A stretch of 63,973 nt of DNA, filler included, from Mitosporidium daphniae (Eukaryota), in the NCBI RefSeq assembly GCF_000760515.2. It is 11 parts of 11 records of this genome, joined end to end, with 100 filler letters (N's around TTAATTAATTAA, not from the genome) between each part and the next. Parts side by side here need not be neighbours in the genome. Positions count along the whole stretch, not along the records: positions 19,444 to 25,641 come from NW_013546630.1; positions 25,742 to 31,855 come from NW_013546629.1; positions 31,956 to 38,060 come from NW_013546628.1; 8 more parts are not named here. One strand, 5' to 3'. The notes under the pieces are model-generated. The model saw only the letters and a list, made by a program, of their open reading frames with translations, made no database searches and had not been told where the DNA came from. Positions 23,015-35,900 of the stretch are shown one piece after another (positions within the stretch are counted from its first letter, which is position 1; every line of letters starts with the position of its first letter). Both the position numbers and the translations under genes were made by a program.

Positions 23015-23968
23015 TCACCCTTTTTGCTGATTCGCACACGACCCCGTATTTTGCGGATTCGCATATGGCCCCGTATTTTGCGGATTCGCACACGGCCCCA
23101 CAGGTACACCATTCATAGGTGGCCCCACAGGTACACCATTCATAGTTGCCCCCACAGGTACCCGACTCAGGGAGTTAGGAGGACAATTTAACGTTTCTGG
23201 ACTCAATCCACTCGATGATTTCTGAGTTTCTGGGATTTTCGTCAAGCCAGATTCGCCGGGCTGCATGGTTTGGTTGGGCTGTCCGGTTTGGTCATCTTTT
23301 GACTTGCCGTTTGTCTCACTATCATAAAAAGGGCAGTTAGAGCTGTGCCTTGGGGGCTCTCTATTTTTGCATCCGACAATTTTGAGCACCTTTTCAAGAT
23401 TTTCGCTTTGGACAACTGCACTACCAGGAACAACATACTTCTCACCATTGGATTCAAATATAACAGATTCAGGATCATCGCTTTCAGAAGCACAATTTCC
23501 GTCGCACAATTCTTTTTTCAAACCTTCTGGACCGGCTTTTGGGTCAATCTTGGGGACCAAATTGCTTAAAAATTCATTCTTTGGTTCTTCAAATGGATTA
23601 CAAAATTTCTGGGGCGTAGAATCACCGGGTTTTTTTAGGTCTAAAGCATATGTGTCACCAGTTTCGCGATTTATCAAATTTCCCGTCTTTTTGTCAAGTG
23701 TTAGACAAGCAATCCTGCCAACATCTACGCCTCCAGGGTTGTCGGGATTAAAACAAGGTTCTTTGCGTTTTTTCTTTGGGGGCTCTTTTCCGCAATTTCC
23801 AATTGATTTTGCTGATGAGAAATCGATATTGATATTTTGGGGAACTTTTTTTTCATCACAATAATTTGACTCGATCGGTTTCCTAGAAGGGCATCTTGCT
23901 TCTATCAGTAACAGAATATGGAAAAGCACCAAGGAAAGGCAAAGGATTCCAAAAACCTGGACTTTCAT
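23015..23968 (-). CDS. secreted Cys/Pro-rich protein with PKKKRK motif and C-terminal repeats
   Basis: hydrophobic N-terminus ending IEA, many Cys, intronless 317-aa ORF. Confidence 0.8.
   Translation of the reverse strand: MKVQVFGILCLSLVLFHILLLIEARCPSRKPIESNYCDEKKVPQNINIDFSSAKSIGNCGKEPPKKKRKEPCFNPDNPGGVDVGRIACLTLDKKTGNLINRETGDTYALDLKKPGDSTPQKFCNPFEEPKNEFLSNLVPKIDPKAGPEGLKKELCDGNCASESDDPESVIFESNGEKYVVPGSAVVQSENLEKVLKIVGCKNREPPRHSSNCPFYDSETNGKSKDDQTGQPNQTMQPGESGLTKIPETQKSSSGLSPETLNCPPNSLSRVPVGATMNGVPVGPPMNGVPVGPCANPQNTGPYANPQNTGSCANQQKG
23027..23162 (-). repeat. 27-nt coding repeats (MNGVPVGPP and ANPQNTGPY types)
   Basis: read directly. Confidence 0.85.
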
Positions 23969-24320
23969 CTAAATAAAGGTATTGACCAGAATCGCATGAC
24001 CAGAGCTTTAATAACAACTCGGATTTTTAATTATTGGAAAAGAGCCTCCCCAATTGCATTGATGCAAGCTTTTCATTCGCGAGAAACCTATCTAATCAGC
24101 ATCGATGCTAAATCTTTTTTAATCCAATAAAAATACACTTTATGCCAATTTTGCCAATTTATCTTTGCGCCATTAAATTTGCATCAGGGTTGATTTTTAA
24201 AATGGCTTTGATCTACTGAACCCGACCAGCCGCCATGCCGTCGCTTGTGCACTTTATGCTTACAACGGCCACCACTTTAATTTTTGCTGTTAAAAAATTT
24301 ACTGCTTTCTATATTTAATA

Positions 24321-24794
24321 TCATATGGGCCGTCGACTCTCCTCATAGGGCTTGGGAAGCTGGATTTCGCCATCAGGGCCAATCCCAAGACATACAGTTT
24401 TCGACTCATTTTTTCCACATATCGGGATGTCAGAACCCATACATGGGCATGTTCCAGAGCCAATGGGATTTCCTGATAGATCATGATTTGTGCTGCCTTG
24501 AGTGCTGCTACCGTGGGAATTAAACTTGTCTAAATATTCTTCAACTGTGTCAAATTTCTGCCCTTTCTTTTTATTGACGTCTTTTTTTTCATTGCAATTA
24601 CTAGACTATTAGAATTATAATATCAATTACTTTTTAACGAACTTGAGCACAATATCTATATCGCCGCAGGGCTTCTCACAACCTTCAAACACCTTCTTAT
24701 AAGCTGATTTTGGCTCACAAGGACGACCCCTCACAAAGATGGAGCTGGAGATGAAAAAAATAAGCCCAAGCAAAAGAATAATCTTAGAAATCAT
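24321..24794 (-). CDS. small secreted Cys/Lys-rich protein, intron 24601-24630; 3' end uncertain
   Basis: MISKIILLLGLIFFISSSIFVRG signal peptide; removing the 30-nt intron continues the frame NNCNEKKD...CPCMGSDIPICG. Confidence 0.65.
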
Positions 24795-24989
24795 ATACAG
24801 AAATCCCTCAAACGTCAAACTATATAAGTAGGAGCGCAAATGCAAGTGCATAGGCCATTGTTTGTATCAATCAAACCAGAATGGATTTCAATTTGTGGCT
24901 TTCTAAGCAAATTAAAATTGACCAAAAATTTTAAAAAGACACCAGGTTCAATTTATTCCAATTAAAGGAAGCATAAATTAACGCCAAAT

Positions 24990-25641
24990 TCACAGAGCAA
25001 TGTCAAGTGTAAGAGCAATTTTTTCAAGATCTGCTAAAATTTGCACTACGCAAGCATCATGTGGCGAGTAGAGTTTCTTAATTCTTGAAGATGCTGTTCG
25101 CAAGATAGATGAAAACTGGGGTATATTTAATTCTGCACAGTTGGACATGTCTTGTAACAAAGCCACAATTGCCTCTACTTGTGGAAGCACCGAGTATGTT
25201 GTGGATGATGAACTTATTTGGTATGCCTTGAGCCAACATTCCCATTCAGAAGCCTTAAGATGGTATTCTGCTTCAGAAGCTAAAGATGACAGCCTAGATA
25301 TCATCAAAGCCCGTCTCCTCCAATAGCTAGCTTCGTTTCCAAAGTCGGGTTCTGCTTCTTCAATCCAGGTCATGAATTTCAGGCAACATTTTCCCGTTTC
25401 ATCGCAAGAGATAGGCCTTAATGTGTTCCAGACCATGTCAAATATGTTCCAATTAACAGATCCTGCTCTTATTTCATTCAACCGACCAATGGCCAACAAA
25501 ACCTGCAAAGGATCTTTACCAAATTGCAAGGCAAGATGCAGGTAGTTTTCCCATGTTCTGTAATCCTCATATCTTCCTCTTGTGGCTTCCTGAATTGCAC
25601 TAAAAGCTTCTGAAATATTCCCCTGCAAGTTATGAGTTAAG
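24990..25641 (-). CDS. TPR protein TTC27/Emw1-like, C-terminal part
   Basis: AFSAIQEATRGRYEDYRTWENYL resembles TTC27 AF..LQEALK.NYE.WQIWENY. Confidence 0.7.
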
Positions 25642-25741
25642 NNNNNNNNNNNNNNNNNNNNNNNNNNNNNNNNNNNNNNNNNNNNTTAATTAATTAANNN
25701 NNNNNNNNNNNNNNNNNNNNNNNNNNNNNNNNNNNNNNNNN

Positions 25742-26242
25742 ATCTGCAGAATTTACCGCCTTTCCCCATTCTTTCAAGCTCGAAATAAGGCAACCGCCTT
25801 GGATGTACACAAGACAAGAAAGGGAATGACGTCTCACCAAGTCAAGGATAGGTGCAAGGAGCGCATTAAAATTTGTCTTATTATCGGCAACAATAAGGAC
25901 CTTTCTATCCGATCCAGATATGCACTCCAATAGCGATTCAGCATGGCCTAGGACTTTGACACCATTGTTGCCATCTAAGGTGGCTTTAAACGCACAAAAA
26001 ATGGAATCAAGCACGTGGATCTTTATGGATGGAAAGCATCCAGACCCGGCAACCGGAAAAGCCGTATTTGTCATCACATGGTCTTTGATCTTTTTTAAAA
26101 TAATCTCGTCAATAGGCGGTAGGGGAGGGAAGTGCCTTGAAATGTTACCCTTAGAGTCAAGATTTTGCTGCAGTGTTTTTTGGCCATTTTCTTCTTGAAA
26201 CGAAAAGCAGAATGGCTCCTCCATACCGACATCATCTGTCAT
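25742..26242 (-). CDS. hypothetical protein, 3' truncated
   Basis: open frame of about 165 aa running into the gap; no family recognised. Confidence 0.55.
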
Positions 26243-26405
26243 TGCTGCAAGTGAGCGTTGGAATTTAAAGTTTCTCACATTTCGGAATGTAAACTTTTCA
26301 AGAGTTTAATGTGCACATCAGGGCTCTCATACATAAATAGGACCGCCATCAATAGGTAGGGCTATCTGCAATAAATAGGCGCATCTTCAATAGATATGCC
26401 CATCG

Positions 26406-27232
26406 TCAATAGATAGGCCCATCGTCCCCGTCATCAAAATCGCCGCCAAAATCGTCCTCGGGGTCAAAGTAGTTGGCATTATAGTCGTTATCATCAAACT
26501 CCTCTTCTTCCTCCTCAAACTCTTCGGGAGCATCCTCTTCATCGAGTGTTTCTTGCTTGGGGGTATCTTCAAGGGTGGCTTTCATGGAATCCCTTTGCTT
26601 CTCTTCCTTTTCAAGATCGTCAATTTTTAGAAAGCTGAAAAATTGGATCGGCGAGACGGTCGTTTGGATATCCTCTGCAAAAGATAAGCTCAAACTTGAC
26701 ATAATTTTTTTTTGGAACGCCTTTTCCGGTCTATACACTGCCAGAAGCTCTTCCGGGATTGCCTTGAGGTCTATTGATGATAAATCCACGACTTACTTGC
26801 AATGTGAATGTCATGGATTTTCGGCTTTGATGATGCGGGTTTCTCATATTTGTCCGAGTATCTCGGGACTTCTACAAAATAAATCGTTTCAAATACGCTA
26901 CTTTTGGGAGGCTGTTTCTCTTCGATGTGATATGCAGAATTGGCAAATATCGCATCCAATTGCTGCTTGATCGACAAAAGTCTTTTAATTCTGGGGACAA
27001 TTGGCTCCGGAATCGGGAGCGAAAATTCCTATCATTAGAAAATAAGCCACACTGGAAACAGCGGCTTTGAGGATTTTTTGGGTGCAAGCACCTCTCCCAT
27101 GAGCGCATTGATTGCATATGAGGATGGATATCCAGATATGCTATGCTGGATGCTGGGTGGGAGGGCGGCCTTGGACTGGAAATTTTTTCCGCCTCGGCCT
27201 CCTCTTGATGAACGGTCTCCTCTGGCAGACAT
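26406..27232 (-). CDS. RPC31: RNA polymerase III subunit Rpc31, multi-exon
   Basis: RGG N-terminus, PLFP, RYSDKY, PEEL, acidic tail DDNDYNANYFD..DD..GPIY. Confidence 0.88.
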
Positions 27233-27345
27233 AAAATTGGGGCCTCAAATAAAGATTAAGAATTTCGGGATAATTAAAAATATTCCATTTGATTGGACAT
27301 CTCTTTGACGAATGAATTAATTCACATTTGTAGCTCAAATCGCCG

Positions 27346-29616
27346 ATGCCAGTTTTTCTTATAGTCATGCCTCCTCAAGACTCGGTAAATGCTATGGCTA
27401 CCGCAATGCATATGCATCAGCAAGAAGAAGAGGCTCTAAAAAAAGCCCAGAAATCTTTGGATCAACAAGCGTCTAACTCCAATTTTGTTCCTATTGGGAA
27501 CCTTTCAGAGGCCGAAAATGATGCTTCTTCTTCAACTCCATCGGTCCCAGCCAATCTTACTGATGTTGAAGATTCTAGTTTGCGAAATAAAAAAAAAGAA
27601 AAGGCCCCATCCAAAGCAGACAATAGGTCTTCTTTTCTTGCTCGGCCTCCTGAAGTAAAGCAATCCTCTCCGTTTTCATGGGGAGATGAAGAGGAGGGCG
27701 AAAATAGTGGAAGTTTCTCATCAAAGTCACAGAAAAGAGCAAATGGGATATTTGGCTCCTTATTCTTTATATTCGGCCAGATGAGCAGGATTTTTTTGTT
27801 TATAAGCCCTGCTCTTATCGCCATTCTTGTTGTTATGTTATTATTCAAGCCAAAGCCATCTGAGATGTATTCTCTTTTGGAAAGACAAGAAAACAGGCTA
27901 AATTGGAAGATGGAGATGTGCCGGTACTCTCTTTATTATATCATTACTGTGGTTTTGTATTATATAAGTCCCGTTGTTTTTCAGATATTTCTTTATCTGC
28001 TCAAAATCATTCCAAATAACCTTCCCGGAGGTATTGGGAAGAGCTTTGTTGCATGGCTGGATTACTTTTTTGGAACAAAATCGTATTGGGGGTTTGTTAT
28101 TTTTACCATTTCTTTCCACATCTTAACGATCAATTTGCTGGTCGACAATAATCCTCCTCTTTGGAAAGATCCGGTCACCGGTGAGTCCTTCAAAGAAAAT
28201 CCGAAATCTAATTTAGATTTTTATTATAAGGAGCCCCCAAGCTCCTCCTCAGATACGATGTCTTCTTTTCCCAATCTTCCTCCAAAGGTTTCTGCGGCAC
28301 TTGACGGATCAAAAATTTCCAATCTCGTCAAGACCATTACCGATGGGAACGTGGTAATCATACACAGTTTGACAAAATGCCTAGTGGTATTTTCTATATT
28401 TCTTGCAATCGAAAAAAGCTTCATTCAAATCATCGGCGTGAGATTTCACAAAGTTGCCTTCGCCGACAGGATTTCCGAGTTAAAGTTGAAGAAAACCTAT
28501 TTTGAAGATCTTCATTACATTTCAAAAGTGCGAGCAGGAAGTCGCAACAATGGGCTTTCGTTTAAAGTGTTGACCCCATCCATCGGCAGAGGCTATGACG
28601 TCGAAGCTGGACTCGATTTGAAGGCTATAGATTTAACGGCAACAGAAAAGTTGGAAAAGAAGACCATCTCGTCCTTTTCTCCTCAGACTGTGGGATTTGA
28701 CGATAAAAGCCCCGAAGCTTTGGAAGCCATAGGAAAGGCCAAGTCTATTTACCTCTACTTTTCTTCACTCAAAGATGCATCTGAATGTGAAGATATCACT
28801 GAAGATGCCTTTAAACCATACTTTAGGGAGGATATTTATAAGGATGTATTTAGGCTATTTGACATGGATGGATCGGGGTCGATATCCAAAAATGAGCTAA
28901 AAAACCTTGCGTTATCACTGGTCAAAGAAGAACAGGCCATCAAGACTTCGTTGCGAGACCACGGTCAAATTGTGCGGAAACTCGATGCCATTCTCACAAG
29001 TATTGCTTCTTGCATCTCTTTGGTAATATCTCTTTCGTTTTTCCAGTATAATGTTGGCGTATATTTGGCGTCCATTGGCACCTTTATGCTTGGCTTTACG
29101 TTTATTTTTGGAGGATTTGCAAAGGCTATATTTGAGGATCTGGTGTTTCTATTTATTACGCATCCTTACGACGTTGGGGATGATATTATGCTAAATGGGG
29201 AACAATCTACCGTTGTCAACGTTGATCTCCTCACAAGCACTTTCCTTCGATGGGATGGACAGCTGATATTTGTGCCAACTCAATCATTGATAAGCAAAGA
29301 AATTCTTAATATAAGAAGAAGCGGGGCTCAAGCGGAGTGTTTTGATGTTTCTATTTCATCCACAACTTCTGTTGACAAGGTTGCCGCTCTCAGGACAAAT
29401 CTCCAACAGCAACTAAAGGAAAGTAAAAAGGATTTCACAGGAAAAGTGGTCATGATCGGATTTGACGTTGATGGCGACAAAATGCGACTAAGGCTGACGG
29501 TCGAGCATAAAACAAACTTTCAGGATTTGGAAACGAAAGCTCAAAGACATAACAAGATCAAAATGATACTGAGGCAAATTGTAGAGTCCGAGGGCATAAC
29601 TTATTATAACTTTTAG
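27346..29616 (+). CDS. MscS-like mechanosensitive channel with EF-hand (Msy1/2 type)
   Basis: multiple TM helices, [12 protein letters not shown]-hand [32 protein letters not shown]. Confidence 0.92.
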
Positions 29617-29648
29617 CAAAAATAAAAATTTTAAATTTAGCTTTTTTG

Positions 29649-30989
29649 ATGCCGGAAGAATTCCAAAGTTCGGATTCGCCAGATAGTCCGCCGCCGGCAG
29701 GAAAGTCCTTTTCTGAGCTTGGACTATGCCCCGTTCTATGTGAGACAGCGAATAATTTGGGATTCACTACGCCAACTCCAATTCAAGCCGAAGCAATCCC
29801 ATATGCATTGCAAGGTAGAGATGTTATCGGCCTTGCTCAGACTGGGTCTGGAAAGACAGCTGCATTTGCCCTTCCTATCATCCAGGCGCTATTAGAAAGT
29901 CCGCAGCCTTTTTTTGCAGCTGTTCTTGCACCGACCCGTGAATTGGCGATTCAAATAGCGGAAAGCTTTGAAAAATTGGGCGCCTCAATTGAGCTGAAAA
30001 CCTGCATCATCGTAGGCGGCGTTGAAATGATGGCGCAAGCGATTGCATTGGCGAAAAAGCCGCACATAATAATTGCAACTCCCGGGAGGCTGGTTGACCA
30101 CATCGAAAACACTCGAGGCTTTTCGCTGAAAAAACTGCGATTTTTTGTACTCGATGAGGCCGACAGGCTATTAAATATGGATTTTGGGCTTGACATTGAC
30201 AAAATCCTCAAGGTGATTCCACAAAAGCGACAGACCTTCTTGTTTTCTGCTACGATGACCAGTAAGGTTGCAAAGTTGCAGCGCGCTTCTCTTGTTGATC
30301 CTGTCCGTGTGGAGGTTGCGACAAAATACTCGACCGTCTCTACGCTGCATCAGCATTATCTATTTCTTCCTGCAAAATACAAGGAAACCTTTTTGGTTTA
30401 TTTATTGAACGATATTTCTGCCACGTCCACTATTATTTTCACTTCTACTTGCCACACCACGCAGCGATTGGCACTTATGTTACGAAACCTTGGGTTCTCT
30501 GCCATCCCTTTACATGGGCAATTGCCGCAGCCAAAAAGGCTTGGGGCTTTATCTCAGTTTAAAGGCGGGGCACGATCTATTCTTTTGGCAACAGATGTTG
30601 CATCCAGGGGTCTTGATATTCCGTCCGTTGATATGGTAATCAACTATGACATCCCCACACACTCGAAGGATTATATCCACAGGGTGGGTCGAACGGCTCG
30701 CGCTGGCCGTTCTGGAAAATCGATTACAATGGTTACTCAATACGATATTGAGCTATACCAGCGTATTGAGGTCTTGTTGGGGAAAAAATTGGACGAGTTT
30801 CCTATCGACAAGCATAGTGCGATGAGCCTTCACGAGAGGGTATCGGAGGCCATTCGTTTGGCAGTAAATACCTTGAAGGAACAGGATCTAGCAAAGAAAG
30901 AACGGAAGCTAGATAGCAGGCCCAAACGAGGTGGACCCTCCAGAAAGAAGCTTTCCGCTCCCAGAGATGATGCCGACATTGGCGAATAA
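29649..30989 (+). CDS. RRP3: DEAD-box RNA helicase Rrp3/DDX47
   Basis: [53 protein letters not shown]. Confidence 0.95.
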
Positions 30990-31015
30990 ATAACCCTAAT
31001 TTAAAAAATCTTTTT

Positions 31016-31855
31016 ATGAAGGTCGAATTTTCAGGTCTGTCTCTTTTTCCAAATATTAAACTTGCTCACTTGGAGTTGACGTTTACATGTGCCCCACGTG
31101 CGCAATGTAAAACTTGTGAAAACAGCAAGATCTTTCTTTTTAAGGAGGCAAATTGTTTTACACTTACCACGCGGCATACGGGTGATGTGCCGGCAGAGGA
31201 ATTTCCCTTTCACCACGAATATACACAACATTTTACCATAACCCTTACATCTCAGTTATTACACGGAAAGTTTCACCGGTTGGGACACATAAAAAACATC
31301 CATCATTCGAAATCCGTGGTTACGCTGGTATTTGACCTGCAGGACTTTAGCCTTGCGTTCCCAAATGAATCTGAATACATGGTGTTTGATCCGATTGCTC
31401 GATATTTTTTTTGCAAATGGTGTTCTGTTTTGATTTCCAGCCATCCGCTTACCATCAAGGAAATGCCCTCAGATGGATGGAGGAATCTTGTCGAATATTG
31501 GACCTGCCATTCAAATACCCAGTCCGATGCAACTATATCGGCAGACTTGGCTCTATCTGCAAAACAAGGGGTGGTTTTATCCAGCCGATTTTACTATTCA
31601 TTTTTCGAACCAGATGTAACCTCTGCTTGTCGCCATTTAATTGAAAACAATAAGCTATCCAAACTGGATGTGGTCCCAGCACTCTCGCCAAACTTCCCGC
31701 AACATACTGCTTTTGATCACAAGACTTCAATGGATTTTGTTCTTTCTTCCATACTTATGAGCATTATTTTTTACGAATCAATTTACTGCTTCAAGGTAGC
31801 ATGCGATGTGGGCCATATTACCTTTCAAGTTTTGAACTGCAACAAGCAGAGGTTA
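31016..31855 (+). CDS. UBE3D/Ipa1 (HECT-like) family protein, 3' truncated
   Basis: CKWC...KEMPSDGWRNLVEYWTCH matches the LPSxxW..xWxCH signature. Confidence 0.75.
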
Positions 31856-32934
31856 NNNNNNNNNNNNNNNNNNNNNNNNNNNNNNNNNNNNNNNNNNNNT
31901 TAATTAATTAANNNNNNNNNNNNNNNNNNNNNNNNNNNNNNNNNNNNNNNNNNNNAAGATACCCAAATATACAAGCATCATATTTGGGTCGATGATGCAG
32001 GCTAAACCAAAACTAGGTGTACTAGCTGATGCTATCCTATCTTCAGCATCCAGCTTTCATTGAGGTGCCTGGTCTTAAGATCCGTGCCCGCACCAAATGG
32101 GCGAAAAAGAAACAGGTGAGAAAAGAGACAAAATATGCAGAATGGATGCGAAGAACGCGCTTGTAGAAGGCGCCATTGCTAATTTCAGCATCCAGACGCC
32201 GGTTCCATGCAGGGTTAGCGCGACGCTGAAAAATATAAAATTTCATGTTCGACACATGCAATGCATGCATGGAGATGTTTGTGAGAAAAGACCACCAAAT
32301 GTCATTGAAATTAATTGAAAATTCGAGCATCTAACCCTAGCTGCAAACTAAATTTTACTTGCTCGATTGAAAAACGCCAAGATTTCTCTCACTCCAGCGA
32401 TGCCATGCTTAAGATGTTGAAAAATGCCGAAAATTTTATTGTCGCAGAAATGTCCCAAAATAGCACGAAAATTTGATAAGCGTTCGCGAAACATATAAAA
32501 TGCATCAAAATCGCGGTAAACAGGCCATCTGCAGCAGCATGGATGCAGTTGCACCATGCAGAAAGGCCCTTAAATGCAGCGATGTAAAATACAGCGCAGA
32601 AACTTTAGCCATTGCAAATGTTGGCTTTAGGCTGGACTTTTTTTTTAATTCAAATAGATCGCTGGAAACAAGCACCACCTATCCCCGACTAACCTTAAAA
32701 AAAGCATTGGTGCCAAATTTGTTTGACAAAAGGTAGATCCTAATGCTGTAGCTGCTTTATTTCTGCTGCTTTGAAAAAGACAATTGGGGTTGAAATGGNC
32801 GGCTGCGCTATGAATACTTCCAAAAGAAAATATGTTTTGTATCAAATCGTGATCGAAAAACCCTGGAGAGTTACTTTTATTTGCGAATGGTTTTTTTATT
32901 GGTTTTTTGAAATTTCGGACGGAATCTGCGGGTT

Positions 32935-35900
32935 TCATGCATGCAATTTATTCCGGTTTTTAAGAAAAGAAATAGGCTCATCCTTTTGAAGATTTGAAGC
33001 AAACCCTTTGAATTCTGTTTCAGTGCAACAGGGCGAGTTTTCGAGACACTCAAACACGTCGCTAATAGTGGGTCTTTTCTCAGGACACGGATCGAGCGCC
33101 ATGTTAATGGTTTCAGCAAACTTGGCATCAAAGGATTTAATTAGATTCAGGACATCTTGATAGTTTTTACGCTTTTCTTCGCTTTCGTTACCCTTTTTTT
33201 TGAAAGCCAAATAATTACGGTCGTATCTGAGCGACTCTTCATTGCTAAAAATATCAATAAAAGCAGCTGCAAAACAAAAAACATCTGATTCTTTTGTGGG
33301 AAACGTGTTGTTTTTAGGGGTAAAACGCAAATCTTTTCGCGTTAAAGCAGCCCATTCCGATGTGATGTTCTTCTTGTTGACAAGTATGTCTTCAATGCCT
33401 TTTGGGACCACAGATAGAAGGTTAATAAACTCTGGAGAACAGTATGGGAGCGGAAAACTAAAATAGTACTCTTCTTTTGAATATGGAGGTTTTCCTGAAG
33501 GGTGTTCTTTTGTTGCAATATCTTTTGAATTGACCCTTTTGATCTCGACAGCAAAATCAAAGTCAACGATTTTCACATCCCCTTGTCTTGATACCAATAT
33601 ATTGGAAGGCTTCAAGTCGCCATGCGCAATATCGTTTTCATGAATNAATTTAAGACCNTGTGCAGCTTTTTTGAAAATATAACCGAGTATGGCTGCATTT
33701 TTCGTCCAATCTTGAGGGATCAAAGACAAATCGCACCCTTGTACATATTCCATAAATATTTGATCTCCATCCTGTTGGTAAGCACGAACAATGTTTTCAT
33801 GTACAAGCTGATGCTGAATTGAAAATGCCCTTTCGACAAAAGCTATCTTTTCCTCGGATTTTACAAATTGTTTAATGAGAAAATCTCCCGTCACTTCACG
33901 CATTAGCTTTTCTCTGTCAATTTCGGTCATGCTGATCAATCTTATTGGGGCGATGCTTTCTTTATCGATAGACTCTCCAGGTCTAACGAGCGATGCTACA
34001 TAGACTATTTTTTTTGGCCGAAAATTTGGATCAAAAAGGAGGTCTTTGATGATATAATTTACCACCACTTTCCCAGTTTGGCTTAGGCTTGGGTTTGGGA
34101 TAACGCTATCAGTAATAGTGCAATCATTGTTCTCTTTGAATTTTTCGAGCAGTCCAGAGGCTTGTTCGAGAGACGAAGCAATATTGCGTTGAAACTTTTT
34201 GGGATCTTTAATGAGCTCTAAGATGAGCGGATCATCCTTTAGTGCCTCTTTTTGATAATCATCAGAAATATTAGCAAGCCTAATGCTTAGAGAATAAATT
34301 TGAGAATAGACCTGTCTTAACTTTGTTTGAGCAGACAAAAGAAGATCGTATCTAGCATCGATGGAAGAAAGATAGGATCCAATATGGGTGGCATTCAGCG
34401 CCGTAAAATCATCAGAGAAAGCTTGAATTTCTTTCACAGGCAAAACACGTTTGCATTCAATGATTTTGCTTCCTACTTTGATGATATTTTGAGGAATTTC
34501 GGAAAAAAATCGGATGATCTCAGAAAGGTCTGCATCTTTTCGACCAAGATAGAGATTGAGACTTTTTAGCTCCAAGACCGTGATATTAGTGGCAGCTGCT
34601 TTTTTATTTTGATCCTCCATTTCTTTGAGAAGAGGAACAAATGTTTGATTGTGTGCGTACATGAAAAGGGTTTTTTTATCCTCGAGGAGAATTTGATAGT
34701 ATGCAACCATTTCAGCTATTTCATCTTCATAAATGTGGCACTTTCTAAGGTCAAGATTAGCCAAATAGTCCTCAAGATGTTTGAAATCCTTAAACAGGTT
34801 GGTAATATCTTGGAGATAAGGGGAATCTGAAAGTTCGCTATTAATGTTGGCTAGGTTAATAAAATCAATCGCAAGATTCTTTTCTTTTTCGGGAAAAACC
34901 TTGATTTTACCGATCTTTTGAAGGGTCTGTTGAACCCTTTTAGACAAATTATCAGCACCTAGTTTGATATTTTCCATTTGACCAGATAGAATAGAGGCAT
35001 ATCTTTTCGTAGAGGCAAGGTTTCTGCTTTGATCAAAATTTTTAGCAGCTGAAATGTAATCCTCCCAAGGATACGAAAACATGTCAAGATCAACTTTCAA
35101 TTTCTTAACGTCATCAGTAAAAATTTGATTTATAAAGTCATAGATACTGATTGCTGTATTAATTATCCTGAAAGCTATGGTGTAAATTTTCGACCAGTCT
35201 GCCTTATAAGCGCTCATCCACTCGATAAGCAAGATTTCAGAAAGGTTTAAATGTAAAGAAAAGCTTTTGGCAGTATCCTCCAGCTGATGCATGCTGATTT
35301 TTGATGGAAGACCGAGACTCTTATTGAATGACTCACCCATCTTGATAACTTCTTTTGCTTTAAGCTTTGCGGTTTGAAGGTCTTCAGGGTATTTTGCTGC
35401 ACAAAATTTTTCCAGTTCTGAAAGCTCAAAATGGTTGGCATATTTTTTTTTACAAAACTCCACCAACCCCGAAAATTCGGCATCACATTTTTGGCCAATT
35501 TCTGCAAAACAGTAATAAGTTTCATCTTTAAATGAAGCAACTTCGGCGTCGAATTTTTGCGAAATAATTTTAAAGCTTTCATACAGTTTTTCCAGCAAAA
35601 CCATCGAGGCACTAAGCATTGAATCCGAATGTGTTCTGTTTCCCTGAACTGTCGTTTTGGTGTAGGTTTCGCTAAGGCTGAGCAGATGCAGAAAAAGGCT
35701 CCTCAAAAGAGATATCCGGTTAAAGGAGGAGAGTAGCATGCTTCCAGAATAAACAGGAGAAACGTTGAGCAGCTTTTCAAAGATGGTGCCTTCTTCAAAA
35801 TATTTCAGTGTTCGTTCAGAGACCTGCGCAGTTTCGAAATGGGTGCGAAACACGGTTTCAATATTTAAAGTAAAGTTTGAAATCTGCTTTGGAGAAATGT

